A stretch of DNA of 64,000 nucleotides from Leucoraja erinacea (Eukaryota). The notes beneath the pieces are model-generated. The model saw only the letters and a program-made list of their open reading frames with translations. It was not told where the DNA came from and did not search any database. Below, piece after piece: positions 51,749-63,960 of the stretch. A program made the position numbers and the translations under genes. The stretch lies in NCBI RefSeq assembly GCF_028641065.1, contig NC_073377.1, positions 97,278,001-97,342,000 on the forward strand. The letters are read 5' to 3'. Position 1 is the stretch's first letter. Each line of letters opens with the position of its first letter.

Positions 51749-52836
51749 GCCTTTGGATTCAGGCAAATAGGCATTTTATTTGCTTGACCAATCGCCAAGG
51801 GCCCAAGATTCCACCATTCACATCGCAATGAGTTAAAAAAAACAGCACCATGTTATTGAATTTCTAAGCAGCAGGGTCTCATTTATTAAGCTACTGTAGG
51901 ATCATGTTTCTTCCCTCAAACGTCAATTGCATATAAATAATATTTAGGCCTCTTCTAAACTTATTTTCACATTTATAAATATCACTGACACACCTCACAG
52001 ATTATAGATGATAGATGCCAAGCACAGATGCATACGATTGTGGTTTGCTGAGAGCATTGAATTTGGCATCTAAAAAGTGACCATGAAGTTAAAAGCATGA
52101 CCTGTCATGGTATCGCTTTTTTGGCAGATATTAATTTCAGTAGCTCAGAATTTCAAAATTCCTGCTGACCAAGTAAATATATTCAAATTATCTCTATTTA
52201 ATTAAAAAAAACACGCAGTTGGAGGCACTCCATTCCATACCAGTATTTAGGTATTGCTGTTGTTCAGGGGAATCTATTATTTTCTTTCAAAGAAAACAAC
52301 TGTTTATGTGCAAGCATAAAGCTTCTTCATTGCTGGCTCATTCTGCTAACTAGTACAGTTTACTCATCTTTTGAAGAGTATCAATCCAGCATTTATACAA
52401 ACAAATGCAAATGCTTTGTTTTTGCAAAGTTAGAAATTATACGAGGACAAACTTCACTGATGGACATTTGCATATCTTTTCTAGTTATCTGTAAATTCTA
52501 ATATTCTAACAAGATCATATGCATTCCTGACAAAACATTAGCAAACTGAATCCTATCGCATAGTTCTTGCAAACAGCTGTGAAAATTTTCATGAAGTCCA
52601 TCTTAAAAAAAATCTAAAATGAAACTCTTTTGAGGGACACCAATTTATTTCCTGTCCACGATGATAACTGGTGTGAAGATACCGATGAGAAGGACAAATA
52701 CAAATCGCTTTAAATGTATAAACTGATTAAAAACAAGAAAGTTTGGCTTCCAGCAAATGTTTATCATTAACTTCAATTGTGTTTGGAACCTTTCCTCAAA
52801 GGAATCATAAAAGGCACCTGATTTAATGGCACTCAC

Positions 52837-52902
52837 CTGGTTAAGAGGTATTTTGTAATCGGCTCCCCAGTACAATGTCATACCAAGTGAGTACACATGC
52901 AT
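52837..52902 (-). CDS. PTPN13: PTPN13 coding exon (KIND domain; exon 4 equivalent), 66 nt
   Basis: tttttgtacttgcag|ATGCAT...AACCAG|gtgagt. Encodes MHVYSLGMTLYWGADYKIPLNQ (KIND motif YSLGMTLYWGADY). Phase 0-0, in frame with its neighbours. Confidence 0.95.
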
Positions 52903-53929
52903 CTGCAAGTACAAAAACCCCAGATCAAAGTTTACTAAATTATTATTATTTTATACTTCAGGAGTAAAAGTTATATTTTGCGAGCAAATAAATATTCAAG
53001 CATTCAGAATACACTGCTCTTCTTAGAATTTATTTCAACAATTTTTTTCAACCGATTTATATTCCCCAAATAAAAAGAGAAACATGTTGTAACAAAAGGC
53101 CCACAAAATACATGTCTGCTTTGCCATTTTGAACCACAACTATGAATTAATTACTTCAATGACTGCAAATAATAATGTAAAAAAAAGATTTTGAGCAGAA
53201 TTGATTTTCACGAAACATCTATTAAATATTATTTATAATATATTAACATGAATGAATTTCCAGTGAAGCATCTTGAATTGACACAATGTGAAACAACTAG
53301 GTAACATGTAGATTGCATTTTCTCGAATTTTTTCTGCAATTTTTTTACAAATTACAGTTAAAATAGTTACAAGTGTGGGAATCAGCAGTAAACCCAAGTA
53401 CCCTTGGAAATATCAGTAGAATTGCTTAAATGTGATGGTTAGGACTGCAGATTTTGTTCAACATCTTATTGCTGATTTTTTTTGTACACAATCTGTTCTT
53501 GCTGCAGCTAACAACATTGCAGTAATCCAATCCACAATGATATAACTAATAATATTTAAGGTGTGAAATTTCTGATTGTGGGCTGAATCATGCAGGATGT
53601 GGCCAGTGCATCTGTCATTCTGCTCCATCACCGGACTCCAGATGTGATCCAAAGATGGAGCCTTGTCTTACTTGGATTCCTCCGCGTTACATTGGAGAAT
53701 CTGTTCCTCCTAGACCTGGAATAGGAATAGAGGTGCTTTCCTTTTTCCAAGAGCTTTTCCTAGGGATTTTTTGTTTTGTTTTACATTTTATCATTTTAAT
53801 TTTGTCTTCATGATTAACATTTCATTTTTTTGTTTTTGTTTACAGCATTGTTGTGTTTTTAAATGTCACTGATTATGGGAGATGTTTAAAAGCTTTCAAC
53901 AAAACCTCTTGGGTTTTTACAATGGACAA

Positions 53930-54362
53930 AATTGACAGGACTTGATTAACTGAGCTAAAGGAGGGGTTGCACAGGCTGGGACTGTATTCCTTGGAGAGTT
54001 GGAGGATGAGAGATGCTCTCATAGAGATCACAAGGGGAATTGATGTGGTAGAAGCACCGAGTATTTTACCCAGCATTGGGGAATCAAGAACCAGAGGACA
54101 TATTATAGTTTTAAGGTGAGAGAGGAAAGATTTGATAGGAAACTGAGGGGCAACTTTATCACTGATAAATGGTGAGTATATGGAATGAGCAGCCAAGGAG
54201 ATAGTTGAGGCAGAAACTATAACATTTAAAAGACATTTAGACAGGAACATGGATAGGAAAGGTTTAGAGGGAAATGGGTCAAACGTAGGCAAGTAAAACA
54301 AGTGTAGATGTGGCACCTTGGTCGGCATGGCAAGCTGTATGCTGTATGCTGTATAACTCGAT
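53930..54362 (+). mobile_element. CR1 LINE 3' fragment (old)
   Basis: ggactgtattccttggag...agaaccagaggacat...CR1 3' UTR. Confidence 0.75.
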
Positions 54363-55039
54363 GATCTGCAATTTTACATCCTGTCAAAGCTGTCAGGGCA
54401 TTGCAGGAGTAGACTATCTGCAGGAGCCTATTGAAGGTCTATCCACTGCTAACGTATCACCAGATGACTCCCACTTAATCACTCTCCCATCCATCCAAGC
54501 AAGTGAAGCTATGTGGGGGCCTGAGGTGTAAATCAGATCGAGGACTTTTCAGTTCACCTTGGGGATGGCTTAGACATGAATGAGCACATTATTTACGCAC
54601 ACCCAGGCATTGGGTTGAATGCTATGCAGCCTAATGTTCGGAGAATCTCTTCCTCTGACTCTTTTGCATATTTCAGTCTTCAGACTTTGACCTTGTATCT
54701 AACCTTTCCATTTTCACCCCAACTCCACTGGTAGTCTATAGCAACAACGGCCACTCTTGGGAAAGCCCTCTCTAGATCCTTCAACTTCCTATATTGTTGA
54801 AGAATCTTTGCATTTTTTGATTATATATCCTGTAATTCCTTTCAGAGCTTAGTCTATTCTGTTAACTGATACATTTCCGTGCTTTATTGCTATATTTATT
54901 GTTTAAAAAACACTTGAATATGGAAATTTATCAACAGGTAAGAAAAATTAGTTTGGTTTAAACGTGTGCTCTGAAAGGGCTAGAGGAAGCACATCTTATT
55001 CCTCCAAGTGTATATGGGAAAAATAACCATCTGACCCCC

Positions 55040-55230
55040 CCTCCTGCCAAAATCCACCTGTTACTTGCCGTGCTTTGTCCTTCCTTTTCCCTCTTCTAGC
55101 TTTCTTCCCCCCCCCCCCCCCCCCCCCCCCACAATCAGTCTGAAGAAGGATCTCAATCCGAAACGTCACCTATCCATGTTGTCCAGAGATGCTGCTTGTC
55201 CTGCTAAGTTACTCCAGCAGTTTGTATCCT
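55040..55230 (+). mobile_element. Penelope pseudo-LTR with intact hammerhead motif
   Basis: Poly-C, then atcagtCTGAAGAAGGATCTCAATCCGAAACGTCacc at 55140-55167. Confidence 0.8.
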
Positions 55231-56390
55231 TTCCCCTATATATTTAAATGGGCTATAACTTACATTAATAAAAACATGCCAATGTATGTACATGGGTGTC
55301 GCAGAGTTATCTCAATAAGGGAAGATTTTTAACCCTTGGGGAATGGGTGGGCTTGGGCAAAGCTGGATGTGAGAAAATTAAAACTGAATTATGACTGAAG
55401 CAATTATCGTTAGGTAAGGGCAGGGCAGGATACAATGAAGCAATAGGAGAATTGTGGCTGATTCAAGACCATTTCAAATGAAAGCATTTTTATCATAGAT
55501 TAATGGGTCTCATGGAACCAGGTTAGTAAAGCATGACCACTGAACGAATGCAGGAGGCAAGAGCCTTTCTAGTTATTTGTTTACCCAGTGTGCATGATTC
55601 ATTACCTCTCCAAATTGCACAGTCTCTTCCAATCCCAATTCAGCAGTCCCAGCAACATCTGCTGATCTCTCCTGGTCTATGTTCTTCCCCAAAGTCTTTT
55701 CCATGGGTCTCTAATATTGGACTCAAATCTCCCCCATAACTCTGATCCTGCAGCCTTTCCAATCTCTCTGAACCCACCACACCCCCCACCCAGCTAGTCT
55801 CCACCTCTCATTCCCTGCTTGAAGTCACAGAAAATCTTGATTATCTACTTTCCCATCCCTCCCAAACCCAGTTAAAACACTATGAACCACATACTCAGCA
55901 GTTCACACTCTAATAACTAGGATGCAAATTTTAGCAGCTAAATGCATCAATGCAATCTATAAACATGGTTTAAGAGTCAATTTTAATTCATAGTTTAAAT
56001 TATTTCCAAAAGTCCTCTTTTGGTGGTGAGTCTCCTCTTATTAAGATTGCATGAACTATAAAGCCACATACAAGGTAATTATTGAAGCAACCATCATTTG
56101 GCACTTTAATTTGAGTGTACCACTGGGTGGTCAATAAATTAAAATGTCATAAGGCCTAAAATAGTTTATTTCAACACAGGATTCAATTTTGGCTATGTAG
56201 TTATGTGATACTATTTTTCTTACATGTAACTCATTATACAAAGCATTTATCTATGCCACAAATACAAAATACTTAAATGTGATGCCTTCTCTGCAATCAG
56301 GTTTTGGCTTTCTGACATGGCTTTTAATGAGACCCATGTGGATTTTCAGCAAATGTAGCTTCCTACACAGCTGGTGATTCATTCCCATAC

Positions 56391-56560
56391 CTTCTCAACA
56401 TCAGAAAGCGAAGACAAAGCCTGATTCTGCAAAACCTCAGGGGCTGTAAACACTCGCAGATCCTGGTTGGTAAGAGTTTCATCAGTGTAAGAAATTTTCC
56501 CAGAGGGTAAGAGCAGCAGAGACCATGGAGAGATGATGAAGCCAAGGGCCATAGGATCAT
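56391..56560 (-). CDS. PTPN13: PTPN13 coding exon (KIND domain; equivalent to human exon 3), 170 nt
   Basis: Acceptor ttcatctttccacag|ATGATCC and donor GAGAAG|gtatgg. Phase-1 translation DPMALGFIISPWSLLLLPSGKISYTDETLTNQDLRVFTAPEVLQNQALSSLSDVEK closely matches recalled PTPN13 KIND sequence (DPAALGFIISPWSLLLLPSG...DLRAFTAPEVLQNQSLTSLSDVEK). Confidence 0.95.
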
Positions 56561-56844
56561 CTGTGGAAAGATGAAAACACCAACGTCACTTAAATATTCT
56601 CGTCGACTTTATCCCAACATCCCATTCCCTTGTTAATGCACACCACCAGCTCCAGATATCAAACATTGTATATTCTTGAATCTGAGGACGTGAGATAAAC
56701 ATTTATTGTTCTGTAATAGACAATTTTTTATTTATCATAATTGTTCACTTTTTTTTTGTTAAGACATTAATTTTCTTTCATTCAAGAATAGTTATACTGG
56801 TGCCTACAGAACATCACTATTTGAATGGAGCACGAGCTAAACGG

Positions 56845-58380
56845 CATGGAAACCGGTCCTTCGGCCCACCATGTCCATGACTACCAAGTCGGAATATTGG
56901 GCTAGTCCCATTTGCCTGCATTTGGACCAAAGCCCTCTAAACATTTGTATTGTATCCACTTCAATAGCTTCCCCAGGTTGGGGGAGTCCAGAACCAGTGG
57001 TCACAGTTTAAGAATAAGGGGTAGGCCATTTAGGACTGAGATGAGGAAAAACATTTTCACCCAGAGTTGTGAATTTGTGGAATTCTCTGCCACAGAAGGC
57101 AATGGAGGCCAATTCACTGGAGTTTTTCAAGATAGTTAGATTTAGCTCTTTGGGCTAAGGGAATCGAGGGATATGGGGAAACTGATTTTGGATGATCGGC
57201 CATGATCATATTGAATGGCAGTGCTGACTCGAAGGGCCGAATAGCCTACTCTTACACCTATTTTCAATGTTTCCTCTAGCAGCTCATTACAGATACGGAC
57301 AACGAACTGAGTGAAAAAGTTGACCCTGAGGTCCCGCTTAAATTTCTCCGCACTCATATATATAGCCTATGGCCATTAGTTTTAGGATCGTCTACCCTTA
57401 AAAAAAACTACTGAGTGCTCACTTTATAAGGTCATAAGTTATAGGAGTAGAATTAGGCTATCTTATCTATGCCCCTAGGCAGGAGAATGGGGTTGAGAGG
57501 TAAAATAGATCTGCCATTAACAAATAGCGGAGTTGACACAATGGGCCTGATTCTGCATCTATGTCGTATAGCCTTATACACCTCAATATGGTCACTCCTT
57601 AGCTTCATACGGTCTAATGAAAAAAGACCCACCCTTGTTACTATTCAACCACTCCGTATAACTCAAGCCAGCAAGCTCAGGTAACAACCTGATGAGTTTC
57701 TCCTCTCTATTATCCATCTTAATGACTATCTTCCATTCACTGGATGACCAAAACTGAACGCAATAATCCAAGAGTTGACATGTAGTCTCATCAATGACTT
57801 GTATTGCTGCATCATGATGTTCCAACTTTTGTATTCAATACCTTTTCCAATGAAGTCAAGTATGCCAAATGCGTTCTACACCACACTGTCCACCGGACTC
57901 GATACTTACAGGGAACCATGCACCCATTCTCCCTGACCTCTCTGCTCTGCGCCAATTTCCAGGGCCCTACCATTTACTGTGTAAATCCTGTCCTAGTATG
58001 ACAAACCAAATTGTCACAGTTCAATTATATTTGCCATTCCTTGGCCCACCTTCCCAAATGATCTAGAACTGTTGAAACATTTACTTTACTTTAATTGTTA
58101 ACTACTACATCCAAACAACAGCTGAACCAGCACCTTCTTTAACCAGATGGTGGTGAATCTGTGTAATTCATTGGCATAGATGGATGTGGAGGCAAAGTCA
58201 TTAGGTATTTTTAAAGCGTAATTTGACAGGTTCTTGATTAGTAAGGGTGTCGAAGGTTACGGGGAGAAGGCAGGAGAATGGGATTAAAAATAAAGATAGA
58301 TCAACCATGATTGAATGGCAGAATAGACACGATGGGCCAAATGACCTAATTCTGCTTCTATGACTTATGAACTTATGACC
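56845..58380. mobile_element. Cluster of nested CR1 fragments in both orientations
   Basis: Plus-strand GESRTSGHSLRIRGRPFRTEMRKN inside minus-strand CR1 (LDYCVQFWS; NFFTQ). CR1 3' end at 58140-58380. Confidence 0.75.
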
Positions 58381-58438
58381 GTATATGGCACTCAACTGGC
58401 CACAAACATCAGTCAGAACAGCAACCTGCCACAACTAA

Positions 58439-58673
58439 TGCCCTGTCCCACTTAGGAAACCTGAACGGAAACCTCTGGAGACTTTGCGCCCCACCCAAGG
58501 TTTCCTTGTGGTTCCAGGATGTTCCCGGAGGTTTTTGTCAGTCTCCCTACCTGCTTCCACTACCTGCAACCTCCGGCAACCACCTGCAACCTCCGGGAAC
58601 CGCACGGAAACCTTGGGTGGGGCGCAAAGTCTCCAGAGGTTTCCGTTCAGGTTTCCTAAGTGGGACAGGGGCA
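58439..58673. mobile_element. PIF/Harbinger-type MITE (near-palindromic)
   Basis: About 67-bp inverted arms starting TGCCCTGTCCCACTTAGGAAACC. TAA TSD at 58436-58438 and 58674-58676. Confidence 0.88.
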
Positions 58674-59288
58674 TAACCTTTGACTCCTTCCTCCAAGCAA
58701 ATTTTGAATGCAATTGGATATGTCGTCTTGGATTTCATGCGATTATCACCTTCCAGACAAGCCTACCTTGCAGAACCTTATCAAAAGCCTTGCTAAAGTC
58801 TGTGTAGACCGCATCCACTTGCTTGCCCTCATACATCAGGTTTGTGAGGCACGATTTCACAAGATTTCTGCTATTAGGCAGAAAGCAATCTAAAAGTATG
58901 ATAGTAAATCTGATGAAAAATGTCCTTTTCTAATACCCAATCCACTCTCCCTCATATTGCTACTTGTAAGCATCAAGTTAAGCTGTTGTAAACTCACTGA
59001 AATCTGCAAGCTCATTCTGGGTCAAAGCCCAAATATAGGAGCGGCCTGAATTGTATTTTGCGGGGTGTGGTATTAACTGGGGTTTTGTTGCTTGATGGCA
59101 ACTGGACAACTCTGCTGGAACTACATGTATAGTATTAGATGTCAGGTGAGCATGCCGTCAGGTTTGGCTGTGTGTGTATTTGTTAATTGCACTTCACAGT
59201 GCCTTTTTCATTTCAACATATGTGTTAACTTGCGTTCTAAAGATATTTGCTCGAATCCCCTCAATTTTTCCAGGCTATTTATGAATTA

Positions 59289-62200
59289 AAGTGCCCTCCA
59301 TAATGTTTGGGACAAAGACCCGTCATTTATTTATTTGCCTCTGGCAAGAACACCAGCAGCGGGTGTTTGACACACTCACGCAACACATGTCCTGCATTCC
59401 AACACTCGCTTACTTCGATGTCAAGCTATCTGTCATTTTAACTTGCGACGCCTCCCAATACGGACTGGGAGCTGCCTGACTCCAGATCGATGGTAGAAGC
59501 CACAGATCTATTGTTTATGTCTCTTGCACCATGACTGATACAGAAGAGCGCTACGCACAGATCGAGAAGGAACTGCTAGCTGTGGTCTTTGCTTGCAGGA
59601 AATTCAATGACTTTATTTTCGGGAACTCTGTCAGCCGCTGGTCAGCATTCTGAACAAGCCGATACACGCCGCCGCTGCACGCCTTCAACGTATGATGATG
59701 GTATTACAAAAGTACGACAATAGACTGGTTTACAAACGCGGAAAGGATATTCACTTAGCTGAGACTCTGTCACGGGCTCCTCGCAACACCTGCGAGCAAC
59801 ACCTGCGAGAAACACCTGTTGGACGATGATGGTTTTGTTGTTATGATGATCTCCTACCTCCCATCCTCGTGTCTGGACGATCTGGCAGCACAAACAGCTG
59901 CAGACAACACTCTACAGTCATTATCCTCTGTCATCCGACGCGGATGGCCAGACAAGTCAAGCAATACGGCTACCACCCCTGATTCGCCCATTCTACCCTG
60001 TTCGGGATGAACTGGTACTTCAGGATGGTATCGTGGTGAAAGGACACAAGGCAGTTTTTCCATATCTCTGCAAGAAAAGTATTACTATGCCATCCACAGG
60101 GGTCATCCCGGTGTGGAGGCAACCGTTCTGAATGCAAAGTATGTTCTTCTGGCCTGGAATGGCTGACTATGTGCATGGGAAAGTCGAGTCCTGTGCGGTG
60201 TGCAACAGCCTAGTGCCACACCAACACAAACAGCCCCTTCTCTCGTACCCCGCACCAGACTTGCCATGGTCTATAGTTGCAACTGACATTTTCGAGTGGC
60301 ATGGCAATCAGTACCTGGTCCTGGTCGACTCGTACTCCAGATGATTCGAGATTGACCTACTCCGCAGTCCCACCTCAGCCATGGTTGTTGAAAAGCTGGC
60401 ACGCCACTTTTCTGTCCACGGGGCTCCCGTCCATCTTCTCTCCGACAATAGCAGCCAATTTACCAGTCAGCATTTCAGAAACTTTGCTAAATACTGGGAT
60501 TTTCGCTACATCGCCAGCAGCCCCAAGTACCCACAGTCCAATGGTTTGGCCGAACGTGCGGTGAGAAGTGCCAAACAAGTGATGGAACGGTCCCATTGGG
60601 GTGGTTCCGACATCTATCTCGACTTGCTTAATTTAAGTAACATTTCTCGTGATTCAATTTTGGGTTCCCCTGTCCAGCGCCTTATGTCAAGGCAGACTCG
60701 CACTACGCTACCTGTAGCTAAACAGATAGCACAACCACAAATTTGCGCCCCGCCTGTGATCCAGACAAAACTCAAGCATCGGCGCGGTACACAGAAAAGA
60801 TACTATGACAAGTCAAGCACACCGCTTCCGCCACTGACCAAGGGACAGGTTGCCAGCTTGCAAACGCCAAAAGGCTATGACTGGCTGGGCGTCATTCAAG
60901 GGACTGCTCCTGAGCAACGCTCTTACCCGGTCAGTGTTGATGATGGCACCTACAGACGTACCCAACAACACCTTCATCCAGTCAATTAGCCAGTGCCGCC
61001 TCGACACTCTCCTGATTTCACAGCTGTGTCTCCTCCATGGTCCAACTGTTCCAAACCCACTGTCCCACAACTGCCTGCCGACCCCGGTCCAGATGCTTTG
61101 CCTGTTGCTTCGACTCCCCGGCCACTGCCGAGGTCTCCATCCTCACCCTCAACACCGGTCAGACCTGAGGTATCATCCCCTGCTCCTATTCAATCTCCGG
61201 TGAAGGGAGGAAACGGTTGGTCCCATACGTGCGCAGACAGGACTGTGGTTGAACTGTCTGTGAACTGTCTTCTCACTTGCTGCTGCTGCAGTACAGTACA
61301 CAAAGTAAAGAGCACTCCCCTCATATTGGTGTTTTTCTATATGCTCCACTATATGTTTGTTTAATTATGAGGAAGGATGTAGATCAACCATATTAATCTC
61401 TGTCAATATAGCCTTCACCACATATATTATTCATGATACACATTCCACCATGTAATCCAGTCCGGGATTTGAGTAGGACTGCAGCCACTGATACAGCCTG
61501 ATCGACCCTTAGTTTGGTAGTCTGTAAATTGATGCAATGAATGTAATGTATTGTTCTCTCTGCATGGGTTTTAATAAATGCTTTGTGGTTCACCTAATAC
61601 TTTGTAATGGTTTGATTACAAAACACTCCACGATTTGAGATTTGTAATAGGAAAAAATCACATGTGGTTAAAGTGCACGTCAGATTTTATTAAAGGGTAT
61701 TTTTTATATATTTTGGTTTCACCATGTAGAAATTACAACAGTATCTATGCATAGTCTCCTCATTTCAGGGCACCATAATGTTTTGGGACACATGGCTTCA
61801 CAGATGTTTGTAATTGCTCAGGTGTTTAATTGCCTCCTTAATGAGGGTATAAGAGTATAAGAGTCTTTCCATCACATTTGGAAACTTTTCTTGCTGTTTT
61901 ATCAACATGAGGACCAAAGTTGTGCCAATGAAAGTCAAAGAAGCCATTGTGAGACTGAGATACAAAAATAAAACTGTTAGAGATATCAGCTAAACCTTAG
62001 GTTTACCAAAATCATCTGTTTGGAACATCATTAAGAAGAAAGAGAACACTGGTGAGCTTACTAATCACAAAGGGACAGGCAGGCCAAGAGAGACCTCCAC
62101 AGCTGATGACAGAAGAATTCTCTCTATAATAATGAAAAATCCCCAAACACCTGTCCGACAGATCAGAAACACTCTGATGGTGTGAATTTGTCAATGACCA

Positions 62201-62990
62201 CTGTCCGCAGAAGATTTCATGAACAGAAATACAGAGGCTACACTGCAAGATGCAAACCACTGGTTAGCCGCAAAAATAGGATGGCCAGGTTACAGTTTAC
62301 CAAGAAGTACTTAAAAGAGACAGTCTGGAAAAAGTTCATGTGGACAGATGAGATAAAGATTAACATATCAAAATGATGGCAGGTGAAAAGTATGTAGGAG
62401 AGAAGGAACTATCCAAGACCCAAAGCATACCACATCATCTGTGAAACACAGTGGTGGGGGGTGTTTTGGCCTGGGTATGTATGGCTGCTGAAGGCACTGG
62501 CTCACTTATCTTCATTGATGATACAACTGCTGATGGTAGTAGCATATTGAATTCTGAAGTGTATAGACACAACCTAGCTGCACAGGTTCAAACAAATGCC
62601 TTAAAACTCATTGGCCGGTGGTTCATTGTACAGCAAGACAATGATCCCAAACATACTGTTAAAGCACCAAGGGAGTATTTTAAAGCTAAAAAATGGTCAA
62701 TTCTTGAGTGTCGAAGTCAATCGCCCGATCTGAATCCAATTGAGCATGCCTTTTATATGGTGAAGAGAAAACTGAAGGGGACTAGCCCCCAAAACTAGCA
62801 TTAGCTAAAGATGGCTGCAATACAGGCCTGGCAGAGCATCACCAGAGAAGACACCCAGCAACTGGTGATGTCCATGAATCGCAGACTTCCAGCAGTCATT
62901 GCATGCAAAGGATATGCAACAAAATACTAAACATAATTACTTTCATTTACATGACATTGCTGTGTCCCAGACATTATGGGGCGCTGAAAT
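59289..62990 (+). mobile_element. Tc1 transposon relic (copy 2, IR/DR type, DD34E), left IR split by a Gypsy fragment
   Basis: TA|aagtgccctccataatgtttgggaca outer repeat; inner repeat caccataatgttttgggaca at 61771. Disrupted transposase at 61907-62930 with WTDE, QQDNDPKH and SPDLNPIE, 34 residues between the second D and the E. Confidence 0.88.
59344..61620 (+). mobile_element. Gypsy LTR retrotransposon 3' fragment (RNase H, integrase, PPT, 3' LTR)
   Basis: TCDASQYGLGA, RYAQIEKELLAV, H-x-x-H...CAVC zinc finger, PWSIVATDIF, SDNSSQF, PQSNGLAER. PPT gaggaagga. LTR TGT...ACA at 61378-61620 with imperfect terminal IR and AATAAA. Confidence 0.92.
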
Positions 62991-63014
62991 GGGGGGGGGG
63001 GGGGGGGGGGGGGG

Positions 63015-63960
63015 CCAAGGCAAGGCTGTGTCAAAATCTAAACAACCAGTGGATGAGATGGGAGAGTGTGGAAAAGAGAAAGTTCAGCTGGAAGGACATG
63101 TGGGAGATGGAGGCGATCAGGATAAGTTTCCTCATTCGGGCAACCAATGATGTCCTTCCGAGCCCAAAAAATCTCAACCAATGGCTGGGCGAAGATCCAT
63201 CATGCCCCCTGTGTTCAACACCAGCCACATTTAGGCACACCCTCACTGGGTGTAAGGTAAGCCTCTCCCAAGGATGGTACACCTGGAGACATAATCAAGT
63301 GCTCAAATGCCTGGCAGCGAGTCTGGAAAGCAGGAGAACAGCCAACAATGCCCTGCCGCCCAGAACAACCAACCCAGTTGAGACAATTGCCTCTTTGTTC
63401 GGGGGGGGGGGGGGGGCAGGTTTGGACCGCTGGAGGCAGCCTGGGATTTGAAGATGCTGGTGGATGTGGACCAACGGCTTACAGTCCCATCAGAGATAGC
63501 CATCACCAACTTGAGGCCTGGTCGAACTCTCAGCGCATGGTGTATCCCGTGGAGCTCAGTCCCTTGGGAGGATGCTGTGCAGGAAGCCTTCGAAAGAAAG
63601 AAAATGCGATATACAGAGCTTGCAGTGGAGGCAGAACAGCGCGGTTGGAGAGCTAAGATCTGCCCGGTAGAAGTTGGATGTCGAAGATTCGTGGCAACAT
63701 CTACCTTAAGACTGATGAAGGACCTGGGGATCAGCGGACAAGCCCTATGCCAGGCCATCAAAGAAACATCACTGGTGGCAGAGTGGAGTAGCCAGTGGCT
63801 CTAGTTGAAGAGGAAAGACCCCATTTGGTCTCCCAAATAACTAACTAGACTGATGCAGAGGGGTGGTTCTGGGATGCCAGAATGTACCGCTGAGCCTACT
63901 GGAGATGTTGTGGGTTCAATCAGCGAAACGTCGATGAAAGTAGGTGCCCACTTGATAACC
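63015..63960 (+). mobile_element. HERO-clade (restriction-like endonuclease) non-LTR retrotransposon 3' fragment
   Basis: WMRWESVEKRK...RISFLIRATNDVLPSPKNLNQW, CPLC..H..TGC zinc knuckle, YTWRHNQVL, VPWEDAV.EAFERKK.RY, PVEVGCR. Confidence 0.85.

Noticed and set aside
51449-51831. Gly/Pro-rich ORFs
   Set aside because: Low-complexity G-tract artefacts.
52837-52902. FRMPD2/PTPN20 as the host gene
   Set aside because: MHVYSLGMTLYW also fits FRMPD2, but GADY and the other four exons match recalled PTPN13 sequence much better.
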